Assembly (NCBI GenBank): GCA_044374195.1
Contig: JBILOY010000007.1
Location: 11,864-75,863, forward strand
DNA: 64,000 nucleotides
Direction: 5' to 3'
DNA from: Candidatus Nanopelagicales bacterium
GTDB taxonomy: Bacteria > Actinomycetota > Actinomycetes > S36-B12
Below, in pieces: positions 35,141 through 44,043 of the stretch. Position 1 is the first letter of the stretch, and each line of letters opens with the position of its first letter. Position numbers and translations under genes: made by a program. Below the pieces are notes generated by a model, which worked only from the letters and a program-made list of their open reading frames with translations, was not told the DNA's origin and made no database searches.

Positions 35141-36439
35141 TCACGAGCGAACGCGGAATAGAGGCCGAATCGGCTCGCACTCCAAGACGTCTCTCATGTT
35201 GCCTGAATCTAGGGCTCCGCCAACAATTTGGAGTGATTCGGCGTAGGCAACGGCAACGGCATCAAGATCTGCATCGTCGAACGCTGTCGTCACGTCGTGA
35301 GTGTTCAGCACGAGCACTCCTCGACGCAGCATCTCTTGAAGGAAGAGGGTCTTAGCCTGGGCGAGGATTTCGGGTTCCTCTATACGCCACTGAAGGAACA
35401 TCCACGAGGGGTGGCCGGAGAAGTTGAGGAAGGACTTTGATCGCGCATCACGCTGCGCATCAATGCGCTCAATGAGATCGGTTCCGAGTTCCGCAAGTCG
35501 ATTGGTCGGTGCACCTGACTTCATGCGGTCCAGCACAACCTTGGCAGCCGCGAGGGAGAGGGTCTCTCCGCCGAATGTTCCAGAGAAGAAGATGCGGGGC
35601 ATGACACCGAGAATGTCCGCGCGACCAGCAATTGCTGACAGCGGAAAGCCGTTGGCCAGTGCCTTGCCAAAGGCCGCTAGATCAGGCGTCACCCCGAAGT
35701 ACTCCTGAGCACCGCCTGCCGCGAATCGGAATCCAGTGAGCATTTCGTCGAACACGAGCACAATTCCGTGTTTTTCGGTGATTGCGCGAACCGCCTGCAG
35801 ATAACCCTCATTCGGCCATGTGGAGGTCATCGGCTCCATGATCATGGCGGCGATTTGATCGGGAAACTCCGAAATCACCGCCTCGAGCGCATCAAGATCA
35901 TTAAAGGGGATGGAGTGAGTCAGCCGACGAACTTCTTCCGGCACACCGAGGTTCATGCTCGTACTGCCAATGAACCAGTCCTGCCAGCCGTGATAGCCAC
36001 AGACCACGATGTGGTCGCGGCCAGTGAAGGCTCGCGACAATCGGATCGCCGCGGAGGTTGCGTCTGAGCCGTTCTTCGCGAATCTCACCATCTCCGCGCA
36101 TGGAATGAGATCGACCATGCGTTCGGCGACTTCAGTTTCAATCGGGTGCGACAGGCTGAGAGTCACACCGTCTTGAAGCTGCTTAACCACGGCCTCGTTG
36201 ATTTCTGTGTCGCCGTAGCCGAGCGCCACGGCTCCAAGGGAGCTCACGAGATCGATGTACTCATTGCCATCGATATCCCAGGTATGACTTCCGAGCGAGC
36301 GTTGAGCGAAGAAGGGGGCGGCGCCAACGGGGTACTGAGTCCGCGACTTGCTAAACGTCTGCGAACCGAGCGGGATCACCTGCTCGGCCCTCGCGAGCTG
36401 AATCAGGGAAGCCGCGTAACGCTCAGTCAGGCTAGGCAT
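35141..36439 (-). CDS. class-III PLP aminotransferase (glutamate-1-semialdehyde aminomutase/HemL-like)
   Basis: 432 aa. VIPLGSQTFSK...DIDGNEYIDLVSSLGAVALGYGD, MVRFAKNGSDATSAAIRLSRAFTGRD and VVCGYHGWQDW are typical of the Aminotran_3 HemL-like subfamily found in sugar-modification clusters. Confidence 0.85.
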   Translation of the reverse strand: MPSLTERYAASLIQLARAEQVIPLGSQTFSKSRTQYPVGAAPFFAQRSLGSHTWDIDGNEYIDLVSSLGAVALGYGDTEINEAVVKQLQDGVTLSLSHPIETEVAERMVDLIPCAEMVRFAKNGSDATSAAIRLSRAFTGRDHIVVCGYHGWQDWFIGSTSMNLGVPEEVRRLTHSIPFNDLDALEAVISEFPDQIAAMIMEPMTSTWPNEGYLQAVRAITEKHGIVLVFDEMLTGFRFAAGGAQEYFGVTPDLAAFGKALANGFPLSAIAGRADILGVMPRIFFSGTFGGETLSLAAAKVVLDRMKSGAPTNRLAELGTDLIERIDAQRDARSKSFLNFSGHPSWMFLQWRIEEPEILAQAKTLFLQEMLRRGVLVLNTHDVTTAFDDADLDAVAVAYAESLQIVGGALDSGNMRDVLECEPIRPLFRVRS

Positions 36440-37208
36440 TCATAGCTCCCGTATCGATTCCTTGAAGTGCTGCATTTCGGACAGCATCTTTCTCTGTACG
36501 ACTTCTCTCCGGATACCTTCTCAGATAGTCAAGGACGTCTTCGTACTCGAAATTCGTGTCATTCGGGTAGAGCTCCTCAAACACTTGAGAGACGAAGGAG
36601 AAGTCCTCTGGAGTATCTACTGTCCAACGCAGTTCTGAGTTGTTCCGTGAATCCGCGTAGTTGCCGATCGAGTATTCATCAGTCCGTCGATAAATGCCGA
36701 GGGTGACATGCTCGCGTTCCGGCGGGTCAATCGCCACGGATGCGACCTCTCGAAGCACGGACACCTTGACCACCTCGGCGTCGAGGCCGTCTGGATAGGT
36801 AGGTGTCATTGTGTTGGAGAGATAGTCCGCTTCTGAGTTCCGAAAGGCGCTGATGACATCGTCGATGACCTTGGGGGAGGTCAATGGGCAGTCCGCTGTC
36901 AGCCTGACCACTTCGTCGGCCTTACTGCCGGTGCTGCTCTCGAAGGCATCAATGGCACCGATGAATCGGGCCAGAACGTCATCGAGGGGACCTCGGAACA
37001 CCGTGTAGCCGGCCGAGCGAAGTACTTCCACGAGGGGATCATCACTCGGATCCGTCGATGTAGCCACGATGAGGCCGTCCAGCAGAGTTGAGCGGGTGAC
37101 GCGCTCGAGCTGGCGCAGGATCATTGGCTCGCCCAGCAATGGAGCGAGCACCTTGCCCGGGAAGCGGGTCGAGGTCATGCGAGCCTGCACGACAGCGAGG
37201 GTGGTCAC
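36432..37208 (-). CDS. SpsF/PseF-like cytidylyltransferase (CTP_transf_3, CMP-ulosonic acid synthetase family)
   Basis: 258 aa. The N-terminus is LAVVQARMTSTRFPGKVLAPLLGEPMI. The C-terminus has LRWTVDTPEDFSFVSQVFEELY, the SpsF-type motif. There is an 8-nt overlap with the downstream aminotransferase. Confidence 0.8.
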   Translation of the reverse strand: MTTLAVVQARMTSTRFPGKVLAPLLGEPMILRQLERVTRSTLLDGLIVATSTDPSDDPLVEVLRSAGYTVFRGPLDDVLARFIGAIDAFESSTGSKADEVVRLTADCPLTSPKVIDDVISAFRNSEADYLSNTMTPTYPDGLDAEVVKVSVLREVASVAIDPPEREHVTLGIYRRTDEYSIGNYADSRNNSELRWTVDTPEDFSFVSQVFEELYPNDTNFEYEDVLDYLRRYPERSRTEKDAVRNAALQGIDTGAMNA

Positions 37209-37234
37209 AGGACAAGTCTCACAGAACGGCCTGA

Positions 37235-38068
37235 TTACGCCCAGTTACGGGGATCTATGAGGGCCAGGTCGTGGGAGGCCGTGAAGTTCGTCGCCACAGT
37301 GGCAGGGGAATTCCAGGCACGAGTGATCTCCCGTAGCTCCTGGCCGGAAGTCACGCCGATGACGACGTCAGACACCCAGGTACGTGCTCGGACCGCCGAC
37401 AAGGCACCTTCTATCGGCGAGACACCTGCCTCCACGCAGGCCGTGTGGAAGCGCACCACATCGGGGTGCTGGGCTAGCTGCTTGGTCGATGGGGCAGCGA
37501 GTAGCCCCTGGAGAAAGATGCTCCGCGCCTGGATTCGGGTGCCTTGGGAGATGAGTTCAGCCAGGACGGGATGCCCATCCAGCCGAGCGTCGAGGGCGCT
37601 GACAGGCACCTGCACCGCATCAAGGCGGTCAAAATGGGTGAGGGCCGTCTCCAGATCAGTCGGTTCATAGCCGGAAATGCCGATTTTGCTGGCAATTCCG
37701 AGATCCCGAATGCCGGCGAGCTCCTTGGAAGCTGCAGCAGCTCGGGCCGGATCCAGCGCGAACCAGTCGTGAATAAGGAGGGTTCGAACCGATTCGACCC
37801 CGAGCAGATTCAGGCTCTCGCGCGCCTGGTCGAGCATGGATAGGGGCGAATCGGCCTTTACCTTGGTCGCAATGTCCAGTTTCGAGGCCCACGGACCGAG
37901 CCGAACCTCGGCATCGCCGTACCCGGCCGCAGTGTCGACCGCCTTGATGCTCGCGTCTGCGGCGACAGCCATGATCTCGGCCAGGTCTGAGTCGCCGAGT
38001 CGCCCGCGCTCGTTGGTCACCCCATAGGGACTTCCCCATTGGGCGGTACCGAGCACGAGTGCCTGCAT
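37235..38068 (-). CDS. aldo/keto reductase
   Basis: The track ORF runs to 38122. The AKR opening MQALVLGTAQWGSPYGVTNERG...AVDTAAGYGDAEVRLG begins at ATG 38068. Confidence 0.75.
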   Translation of the reverse strand: MQALVLGTAQWGSPYGVTNERGRLGDSDLAEIMAVAADASIKAVDTAAGYGDAEVRLGPWASKLDIATKVKADSPLSMLDQARESLNLLGVESVRTLLIHDWFALDPARAAAASKELAGIRDLGIASKIGISGYEPTDLETALTHFDRLDAVQVPVSALDARLDGHPVLAELISQGTRIQARSIFLQGLLAAPSTKQLAQHPDVVRFHTACVEAGVSPIEGALSAVRARTWVSDVVIGVTSGQELREITRAWNSPATVATNFTASHDLALIDPRNWA

Positions 38069-38151
38069 CCCCCGATCATGGCATCCCCGCTGGGTAGACT
38101 CGGGCTCCGAATAGCGGCGCACTTACTCGCCGCGATGGAGATGAGGGGCAC

Positions 38152-39135
38152 GTGGCTATTTTCGAGGGCTCTTCCGTGCTCATCACGGGCGGCACCGGCT
38201 CCTTCGGCAAGGCATTCCTTAAGCAGATCCTTGAGACGCGTAACCCCGCTCGCGTGGTGGTCTTTTCGCGCGATGAGCTCAAGCAGTACGAGATGCGCCA
38301 GGTGTGGGGTGATGACCCCCGAGTCCGCTTCTTCATTGGTGATATCCGCGACCGCGACCGACTGAAGATGGCCTTGCACGGAGTCGACTACGTAGTCCAT
38401 GCCGCAGCCCTCAAGCAGGTCGACACGGCTGAGTACAACCCCATGGAATACGTAAAGACCAACATCCTTGGGTCCGAAAACGTCATGCAAGCGTCAATTG
38501 ACGCCGGGGTCAAGAGAGTCGTCGCTCTCTCGACTGACAAGGCGTCGTCACCTGTCAACCTTTACGGCGCAACAAAACTAACTGCTGACAAACTCTTCGT
38601 CTCAAGCAACCACTACGCAGCCGGCTACGACACCCACTTCTCAGTCGTTCGATACGGCAACGTCATGGGCAGCCGGGGTTCAGTAATTCCGTTCTTCCGT
38701 CGCCTCGCGGAATCAGGCCAGCCGCTACCGATCACCGATATGCGCATGACCCGTTTCTGGATCACTCTCCCCCAGGCGGTCGAGTTCGTAATGAGTTCGT
38801 TCAACGACATGGCTGGCGGCGAGCTATACGTGCCTCGCATCCCGAGCATGAAGGTTGTCGACCTGGCTCGCGCAGTTGCGCCCGATGCCGAATTGGTCGA
38901 GGTCGGTATTCGCCCAGGCGAGAAATTGCACGAAGAAATGATCTCCGCTGAGGATTCGCGCCGAACCCTGCGCCAAGCAGACCGCTACGTGGTGCTACCC
39001 ACTCTCGCTGACTGGGGCTTCAGTTCACCCGCGGGAGAGCCGGTCGAAGACGGCTTCTCCTACACCTCAGACACGAATGATCTCTGGCTCGACGTGGATC
39101 AGATTCGCGCAATGCTCACGGACCTGAATCTCTGA
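38152..39135 (+). CDS. pseB: UDP-N-acetylglucosamine 4,6-dehydratase (inverting), PseB/FlaA1
   Basis: 327 aa. Motifs seen: VLITGGTGSFGKAFLKQIL, FSRDELKQYEMRQ, RFFIGDIRDRDRL, HAAALKQV, EYNPMEYVKTNILGSENV, LSTDKASSPVNLYGATKL, DMRMTRFWITL, VPRIPSMKVVDLA and IRPGEKLHEEM. These align nearly motif-for-motif with my recollection of H. pylori PseB. Confidence 0.9.
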   Translation: MAIFEGSSVLITGGTGSFGKAFLKQILETRNPARVVVFSRDELKQYEMRQVWGDDPRVRFFIGDIRDRDRLKMALHGVDYVVHAAALKQVDTAEYNPMEYVKTNILGSENVMQASIDAGVKRVVALSTDKASSPVNLYGATKLTADKLFVSSNHYAAGYDTHFSVVRYGNVMGSRGSVIPFFRRLAESGQPLPITDMRMTRFWITLPQAVEFVMSSFNDMAGGELYVPRIPSMKVVDLARAVAPDAELVEVGIRPGEKLHEEMISAEDSRRTLRQADRYVVLPTLADWGFSSPAGEPVEDGFSYTSDTNDLWLDVDQIRAMLTDLNL

Positions 39136-39140
39136 CCGAC

Positions 39141-40058
39141 ATGTCGACATGGCTGGTGACCGGCGCCCAAGGGTTCCTGGGCTCCAATGCCGGGGTGTTC
39201 CTTCAGGGCAAGGCTGAGACTGTTGGCCAGGTGCGCACCGGAGCAGCTTCACGCGCATTCACCTCTTCGGCGGCCATAAACCTGACTGATACCGAATCTG
39301 TTGCCCGACTTGTCGAGAGGGCCAAGCCGAGCGTGATCTTCCACTCCGCAGCCATGTCGAGTCATGAAGCGTGTGAGAGTAATCCGGCGGGGGCAATGCT
39401 GGTAAACGCTGGCGCGACAGCATCGCTCGCTGCTGCAGCATCCTCATGCGGTGCCTTGATGGTTTACGTCTCCACTGATGCAGTGTTCGATGGCTCGCGG
39501 GGTTCGTATGCCGAGACCGACGCCACGAATCCTTTCTCGGTGTACGGGGAATCGAAACTCGCAGGCGAAGATGCGGTTCGCGCTGCTCACGATCAGCATT
39601 TGATTCTGCGAACCAATTTTTTTGGATGGAGTCCGTCAGGTACTCGCTCCATCCTCGAGTTCTTCGTTAACGGCTTCAGAAGCCGAAACGAGATGAACGG
39701 CTATACAGATTTCAGAGTGACGTCGATATATGCCCAGCAACTCCTCGCAGTGACGGCTGCTCTTGTTGAGCGTGGCTCTACCGGAACCTTTCACGTTGCA
39801 TCCCGTGATGCACTCTCAAAATTCGATTTCGGAATCACTGTCGCGGAGACTTTCGCACTGGATGCCTCACTTCTGAAGCCAAGCACCTCAGCATCTGCGA
39901 GTCATTCGACCTCCAGGAGTCGAGATCTCTCACTCGCTACCGAGAAACTCTCATCTCTTCTCGGTCAGGCAATGCCGAGCCAGGCTGAGGGCATCGCAAC
40001 GGCCTACGATGATGAAGGTGTCCTGACCGGGCAACTTCGAGAAACTGGAGCAGGCTAA
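39141..40058 (+). CDS. RmlD-like NAD(P)H sugar 4-ketoreductase (RmlD_sub_bind SDR)
   Basis: 305 aa. Motifs seen: LVTGAQGFLGSN, YVSTDAVFDGSRGSYAETDATNPFSVYGESKLAGE (YxxxK). Confidence 0.7.
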   Translation: MSTWLVTGAQGFLGSNAGVFLQGKAETVGQVRTGAASRAFTSSAAINLTDTESVARLVERAKPSVIFHSAAMSSHEACESNPAGAMLVNAGATASLAAAASSCGALMVYVSTDAVFDGSRGSYAETDATNPFSVYGESKLAGEDAVRAAHDQHLILRTNFFGWSPSGTRSILEFFVNGFRSRNEMNGYTDFRVTSIYAQQLLAVTAALVERGSTGTFHVASRDALSKFDFGITVAETFALDASLLKPSTSASASHSTSRSRDLSLATEKLSSLLGQAMPSQAEGIATAYDDEGVLTGQLRETGAG

Positions 40059-41125
40059 TGACTACATTCGCCATCGGCGACCGTCTGGTCGGCCCTGATC
40101 GGCCCACCTACTTCATCGCCGATATCGCCGCCAATCATGATGGTGACCTGCAGCGAGCTCTCGACCTGATGACCCTGGCGAAGGATGCCGGTGCGGATTG
40201 CGCCAAGTTCCAGCACTTCCGTGCCGAGCACATCGTTAGCGATTACGGATTCAGGAACCTCGGCGGCCAGTGGGATCACCAGGCCTCCTGGAAGAAGTCA
40301 GTCTTTGAAACTTACGTCGATGCCAGCCTGCCGTGGGAGTGGACTCCAGTACTCGCCGAGCACGGAAAGAAGATCGGCATCGAGTTCATGTCGTCGCCTT
40401 ACGACTTCGAAGCTGTCGCTCACCTCGACCCGTTCGTCAATGCATTCAAGGTGGGCTCAGGCGATGTGAACTGGCTTGAGGAACTCCAGGTAATCGCCAG
40501 CTTCAGGAAGCCGGTCATCATTGCGACCGGAGCTGCTTCCATTGACGATGTCACGAGAGCGATGGATCTACTCATAGCGAGCGGCGTCGACATCGTGCTC
40601 ATGCAGTGCAACACGAACTACACCGGTTCCCTCGAGAACCTTCACCATCTCAACCTGTTGGTGCTGCGTCAGTACGCCGAGATGTACCCGAGCATCACCC
40701 TCGGGCTCTCCGATCACACTCACGGTCACGTATCAGTGCTCGGAGCGGTAGCACTCGGTGCCCGCGTGATCGAGAAGCACTTCACTGATGATGTAACTCG
40801 CAACGGCCCCGATCACGCCTTCTCGATGGATCCCCTGACCTGGCGGGCCATGGTCGATGACACCCGCCTTCTCGAAGCCTCCCTCGGAAATGGGATCAAG
40901 GGGGTCGAGGAGAACGAGCAGAAGACCGTGATCCTGCAGCGCCGCTGCGTTCGATCCTCACGGCCACTTGCTGCCGGGTCAATCATCGAGCGCGCCGACC
41001 TCGTGGTTGTTCGTCCAGCGCCTGGCGACGCTGTGCCGGCACACGAGATTGAGGCGACTCTCGGAAAGCGCCTCAACCGAGATCTAGCATCCGGAGAGCA
41101 CCTTGCCTGGGTGGATTTGGCCTAA
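40058..41125 (+). CDS. NeuB-family nonulosonic acid synthase (PseI/LegI/NeuB-like) with C-terminal SAF domain
   Basis: 355 aa. The start overlaps the upstream stop (TAATG). Motifs seen: FIADIAANHDGDLQRALDLMTLAKDAGADCAKFQHF, FKVGSGDVNWLELL-type segment, LGLSDHTHG and EKHFT. The C-terminal SAF-like segment is RRCVRSSRPLAAGSII. Confidence 0.85.
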   Translation: MTTFAIGDRLVGPDRPTYFIADIAANHDGDLQRALDLMTLAKDAGADCAKFQHFRAEHIVSDYGFRNLGGQWDHQASWKKSVFETYVDASLPWEWTPVLAEHGKKIGIEFMSSPYDFEAVAHLDPFVNAFKVGSGDVNWLEELQVIASFRKPVIIATGAASIDDVTRAMDLLIASGVDIVLMQCNTNYTGSLENLHHLNLLVLRQYAEMYPSITLGLSDHTHGHVSVLGAVALGARVIEKHFTDDVTRNGPDHAFSMDPLTWRAMVDDTRLLEASLGNGIKGVEENEQKTVILQRRCVRSSRPLAAGSIIERADLVVVRPAPGDAVPAHEIEATLGKRLNRDLASGEHLAWVDLA

Positions 41126-41175
41126 CTGCCTGTACGGAGATTCAGTTCGGTAGGACTACTTACTACTGGATGACG

Positions 41176-42027
41176 TCAGCGCTTCTTGATCGCCCGCTCT
41201 GCCCAAAATGCGTAACGCATGCCTGCGAAGGCAGCCAGGAATGGCGCGGACTTTGCCGCTTCGATCGGACTCAGGTGAGTGATCGGGTCAATGAAGTCGA
41301 CACGTGCCGGATGAGTGAGTGACTTGAGTTGCCTTTGGATCGACCAGCCGCTCTCGCGACCTCGCGTGAAGACCTCCTCGTCGGAGACGCCGTACATGCG
41401 GCACCTGACGACAAGCTCATTCCACGAGGTCTTGCCGATCTCCTCCACGTGGGCATCCGAGATAGCGAAAGTTGCGCCAAAATCACGTTCCCATCGCTCG
41501 CACAGCTCGGAGTCATCAGAGAAGCGGCGTGAGGGATCGTAAGGATGCTGGCGAAGCATGTCACCGGTGAAAAGGGTCGGAGTGCCGATGACAGCCGCTT
41601 TCCCAGGACGGAACCTGCCCTTGCGCCATGAATTCAGGCCCTGCGAGAGATAGTCACCGCCAGCGATGAGGGTCTGAGCGCTGACTCCATCAAATTCCCC
41701 ACGAGACTTGAAGTCGATCATGCGCTGAAGCTGGCCCTCGGGCATCACGTTGTCGGAGCCCATATTGAGGATGAGCGACTTCGTCGTCACCGCAATGCCC
41801 ACGTTTCGTGCCATTCCTAGCCCGATGCCAGGGTCAGTGAGCACGACATCGGCTAGTCCTTCAGCTACCCGCCCGGTTCCATCCTGCGAATTGGCGTCGA
41901 CGACCACCAACTGACCGACGCCGGCCGCTCGGAGACTAGTCAGGCAACTCTCGATGCCACTGATGGAGTTCATCGTGCAGACAACAGCCGAGACTTCGGC
42001 CGGAGTCTCGCGGATCTGCGTGCTCAT
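41176..42027 (-). CDS. GT2 family glycosyltransferase
   Basis: 283 aa. The opening VSAVVCTMNSISGIESCLTSLRAAGVGQLVVVDANSQDGTG is typical of GT2. Confidence 0.75.
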   Translation of the reverse strand: MSTQIRETPAEVSAVVCTMNSISGIESCLTSLRAAGVGQLVVVDANSQDGTGRVAEGLADVVLTDPGIGLGMARNVGIAVTTKSLILNMGSDNVMPEGQLQRMIDFKSRGEFDGVSAQTLIAGGDYLSQGLNSWRKGRFRPGKAAVIGTPTLFTGDMLRQHPYDPSRRFSDDSELCERWERDFGATFAISDAHVEEIGKTSWNELVVRCRMYGVSDEEVFTRGRESGWSIQRQLKSLTHPARVDFIDPITHLSPIEAAKSAPFLAAFAGMRYAFWAERAIKKR

Positions 42028-42029
42028 GC

Positions 42030-43979
42030 TCAGAGTCCGAGAAGGGAGGCCTGGCGATCGAAGTCGGGCACGGTGTTGCGCACGTCTTCGAAGGCACCAC
42101 TCGCGATGACCTTGCCGTCCTGCAAATACAGCAACTGGTCCACCATGCGTACCGTGGCGAGGCGGTGAGCCACGGTGATCGTGGTGACCTCGCCCACGAG
42201 TTCGCTGAGGGTCTGGATGATCGCCTGCTCCGTCTCAGCATCAAGGGCGCTCGTCGCTTCATCCAGCACGAGCAGTTTGGGGCGCGTATAAAGCGCACGA
42301 GCGATGCCAAGCCGCTGACGCTGACCGCCGGAGAGGCGGAAACCGCGCTCGCCGATGGTGGTGTCCAGACCTTCGCGATTGTCTCGGAGGAAGTCAGCGA
42401 GATGAGCGCGCTCGAGGGCGTCCCACACAAGTTCGTCGTCAATCGCTTCGCGCGGAAGGCCGAGAGCGACGTTGTCGCGAATGCTGCCGTAGACGAGAGC
42501 GACGCTCTGGGGCACGTAGGAGATCGCACCGGGCCAGCGCTCGATTGCTTCGCGCGGGCTGACTCCGCTAATCGTCACCTCGCCGAGCTGCGGCTGCATG
42601 ACACCCAGGATCACGTCAGCGAGCGTCGACTTTCCGGCACCCGTTGGGCCGACAAGCGCAACAGAACTACCAGCTGGGGCCGTGAGGCTCGCATCGTTAA
42701 GCGCCGGCTCGGCAGCATCGCTATAGGTAAGTGAGACGTGACGCACCTCGATGCGGGCCTCGAAATCCGGGTAACCCTGAACGATGCGATCGTGGATCTT
42801 GCTCGCGGTCATGCGCGGGCGATCTTCCTGATCAGTCGTGTTGTCGCGCTGACGAGCCTCTTCGAGGAAGTCAGCGAGGAAGAAAGTGGGCTGCGCCTGG
42901 ACGGAGGCGTTGCGAATAGTGATACCCGCACCCTGAAGCCTCAGCATCGCAGGTACCACCCGTGAACCAGCGGCGAGGAAAACCGCGACTGTTGCGGCGG
43001 CTGCGGAGAGATCCTTGGTGAGGAACTGCACGACGGCAAGTAGCAGCACGCCGAAGTAGAGAGTCGCTTCCAGCACGTACTTCGGGATTTCCATGATGAA
43101 GGCAGAGGAAGCACTGGCAGATGCATAGCGGCCGATAAGCGACTCGTAACGGCTGACATACAGATCACGGCGATTGAGCACGGTCGTCTCGCGATAAGTC
43201 GACAGCGCCTCAGAAACCGCAGTCAGCGTGTCAATTGATGCATCAGTCATCGTGCGCGCGTTGCGCGCGGTCCAGTTACCGAGCACGTTATGAAGGAGGA
43301 ACACGATGCCGGTGAAGAGCGCGATCGTGATGAGTGTCAGCACGGGGTCATAAACCAACAATGTGACACCGACGATGAGGAAGAGGAAGAGCTCCGCGCC
43401 GATAGTGATGGCCGAGCCCAGAAGTGACACCGTTGCCGCACCCACGCCATTGCCCAGCGCGTAGATCGCCTCTGGCGTTGTCCAGCGCTGCACGTCGGCG
43501 AGCGGTCGCGCCAAGAACTCGCGAGCGAGCTTGGCCGACACCTCGGCCTGGCGGTTAGCCAGGAAGAGAGTGATTCGACGTGCCATGACCGCAGACAGTG
43601 CTGTCTTCAGCACGAGGATGAAGACAGCTGACAAAGCCACGATCACCGAGAGCTGGGAAATGGTGAGATCGCCTAGGCCGATGTTCTCGAGAATGTTCTC
43701 GACGCTGGGCGGGATGGTGCTGCCGGAACCGATGCCTGAGACAGCCACGGCGGCCAACAGGCCGACCAGGATGATGCCCAGCAGATCAAGAAGGCCGAGC
43801 GAGATCTGGATGCCCGAGGCAAGAAAGAGCAGCCGGCGGCGGCCCGCAGGTAACAACCGAACGGCCCGCTTGACCGCAGGGATCACGCCCGGGCTCTGGA
43901 AGTCAGCGACCCCGAGGCCGCGATGAGGGGTCTCCTCGGGGGCCGTTTCCCGCGCGCTGCCGACCTCCTCGTCACTCAC
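42030..43979 (-). CDS. fused TMD-NBD ABC exporter (MsbA/type IV-like)
   Basis: The open frame extends to ATG 44060. GTG 43979, preceded by AAAGGTAGG, avoids a head-on overlap with the divergent gene. It has six N-terminal TM segments, Walker A GPTGAGKST, signature LSGGQRQRLGIARAL and Walker B LLVLDEATSALD. Confidence 0.85.
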   Translation of the reverse strand: MSDEEVGSARETAPEETPHRGLGVADFQSPGVIPAVKRAVRLLPAGRRRLLFLASGIQISLGLLDLLGIILVGLLAAVAVSGIGSGSTIPPSVENILENIGLGDLTISQLSVIVALSAVFILVLKTALSAVMARRITLFLANRQAEVSAKLAREFLARPLADVQRWTTPEAIYALGNGVGAATVSLLGSAITIGAELFLFLIVGVTLLVYDPVLTLITIALFTGIVFLLHNVLGNWTARNARTMTDASIDTLTAVSEALSTYRETTVLNRRDLYVSRYESLIGRYASASASSAFIMEIPKYVLEATLYFGVLLLAVVQFLTKDLSAAAATVAVFLAAGSRVVPAMLRLQGAGITIRNASVQAQPTFFLADFLEEARQRDNTTDQEDRPRMTASKIHDRIVQGYPDFEARIEVRHVSLTYSDAAEPALNDASLTAPAGSSVALVGPTGAGKSTLADVILGVMQPQLGEVTISGVSPREAIERWPGAISYVPQSVALVYGSIRDNVALGLPREAIDDELVWDALERAHLADFLRDNREGLDTTIGERGFRLSGGQRQRLGIARALYTRPKLLVLDEATSALDAETEQAIIQTLSELVGEVTTITVAHRLATVRMVDQLLYLQDGKVIASGAFEDVRNTVPDFDRQASLLGL

Positions 43980-44043
43980 GGTCGCTAACCTACCTTTGCC
44001 CGAGGGAAATACCCCCAAGCCCGCCTGCTCGTCAGGAGACTCC

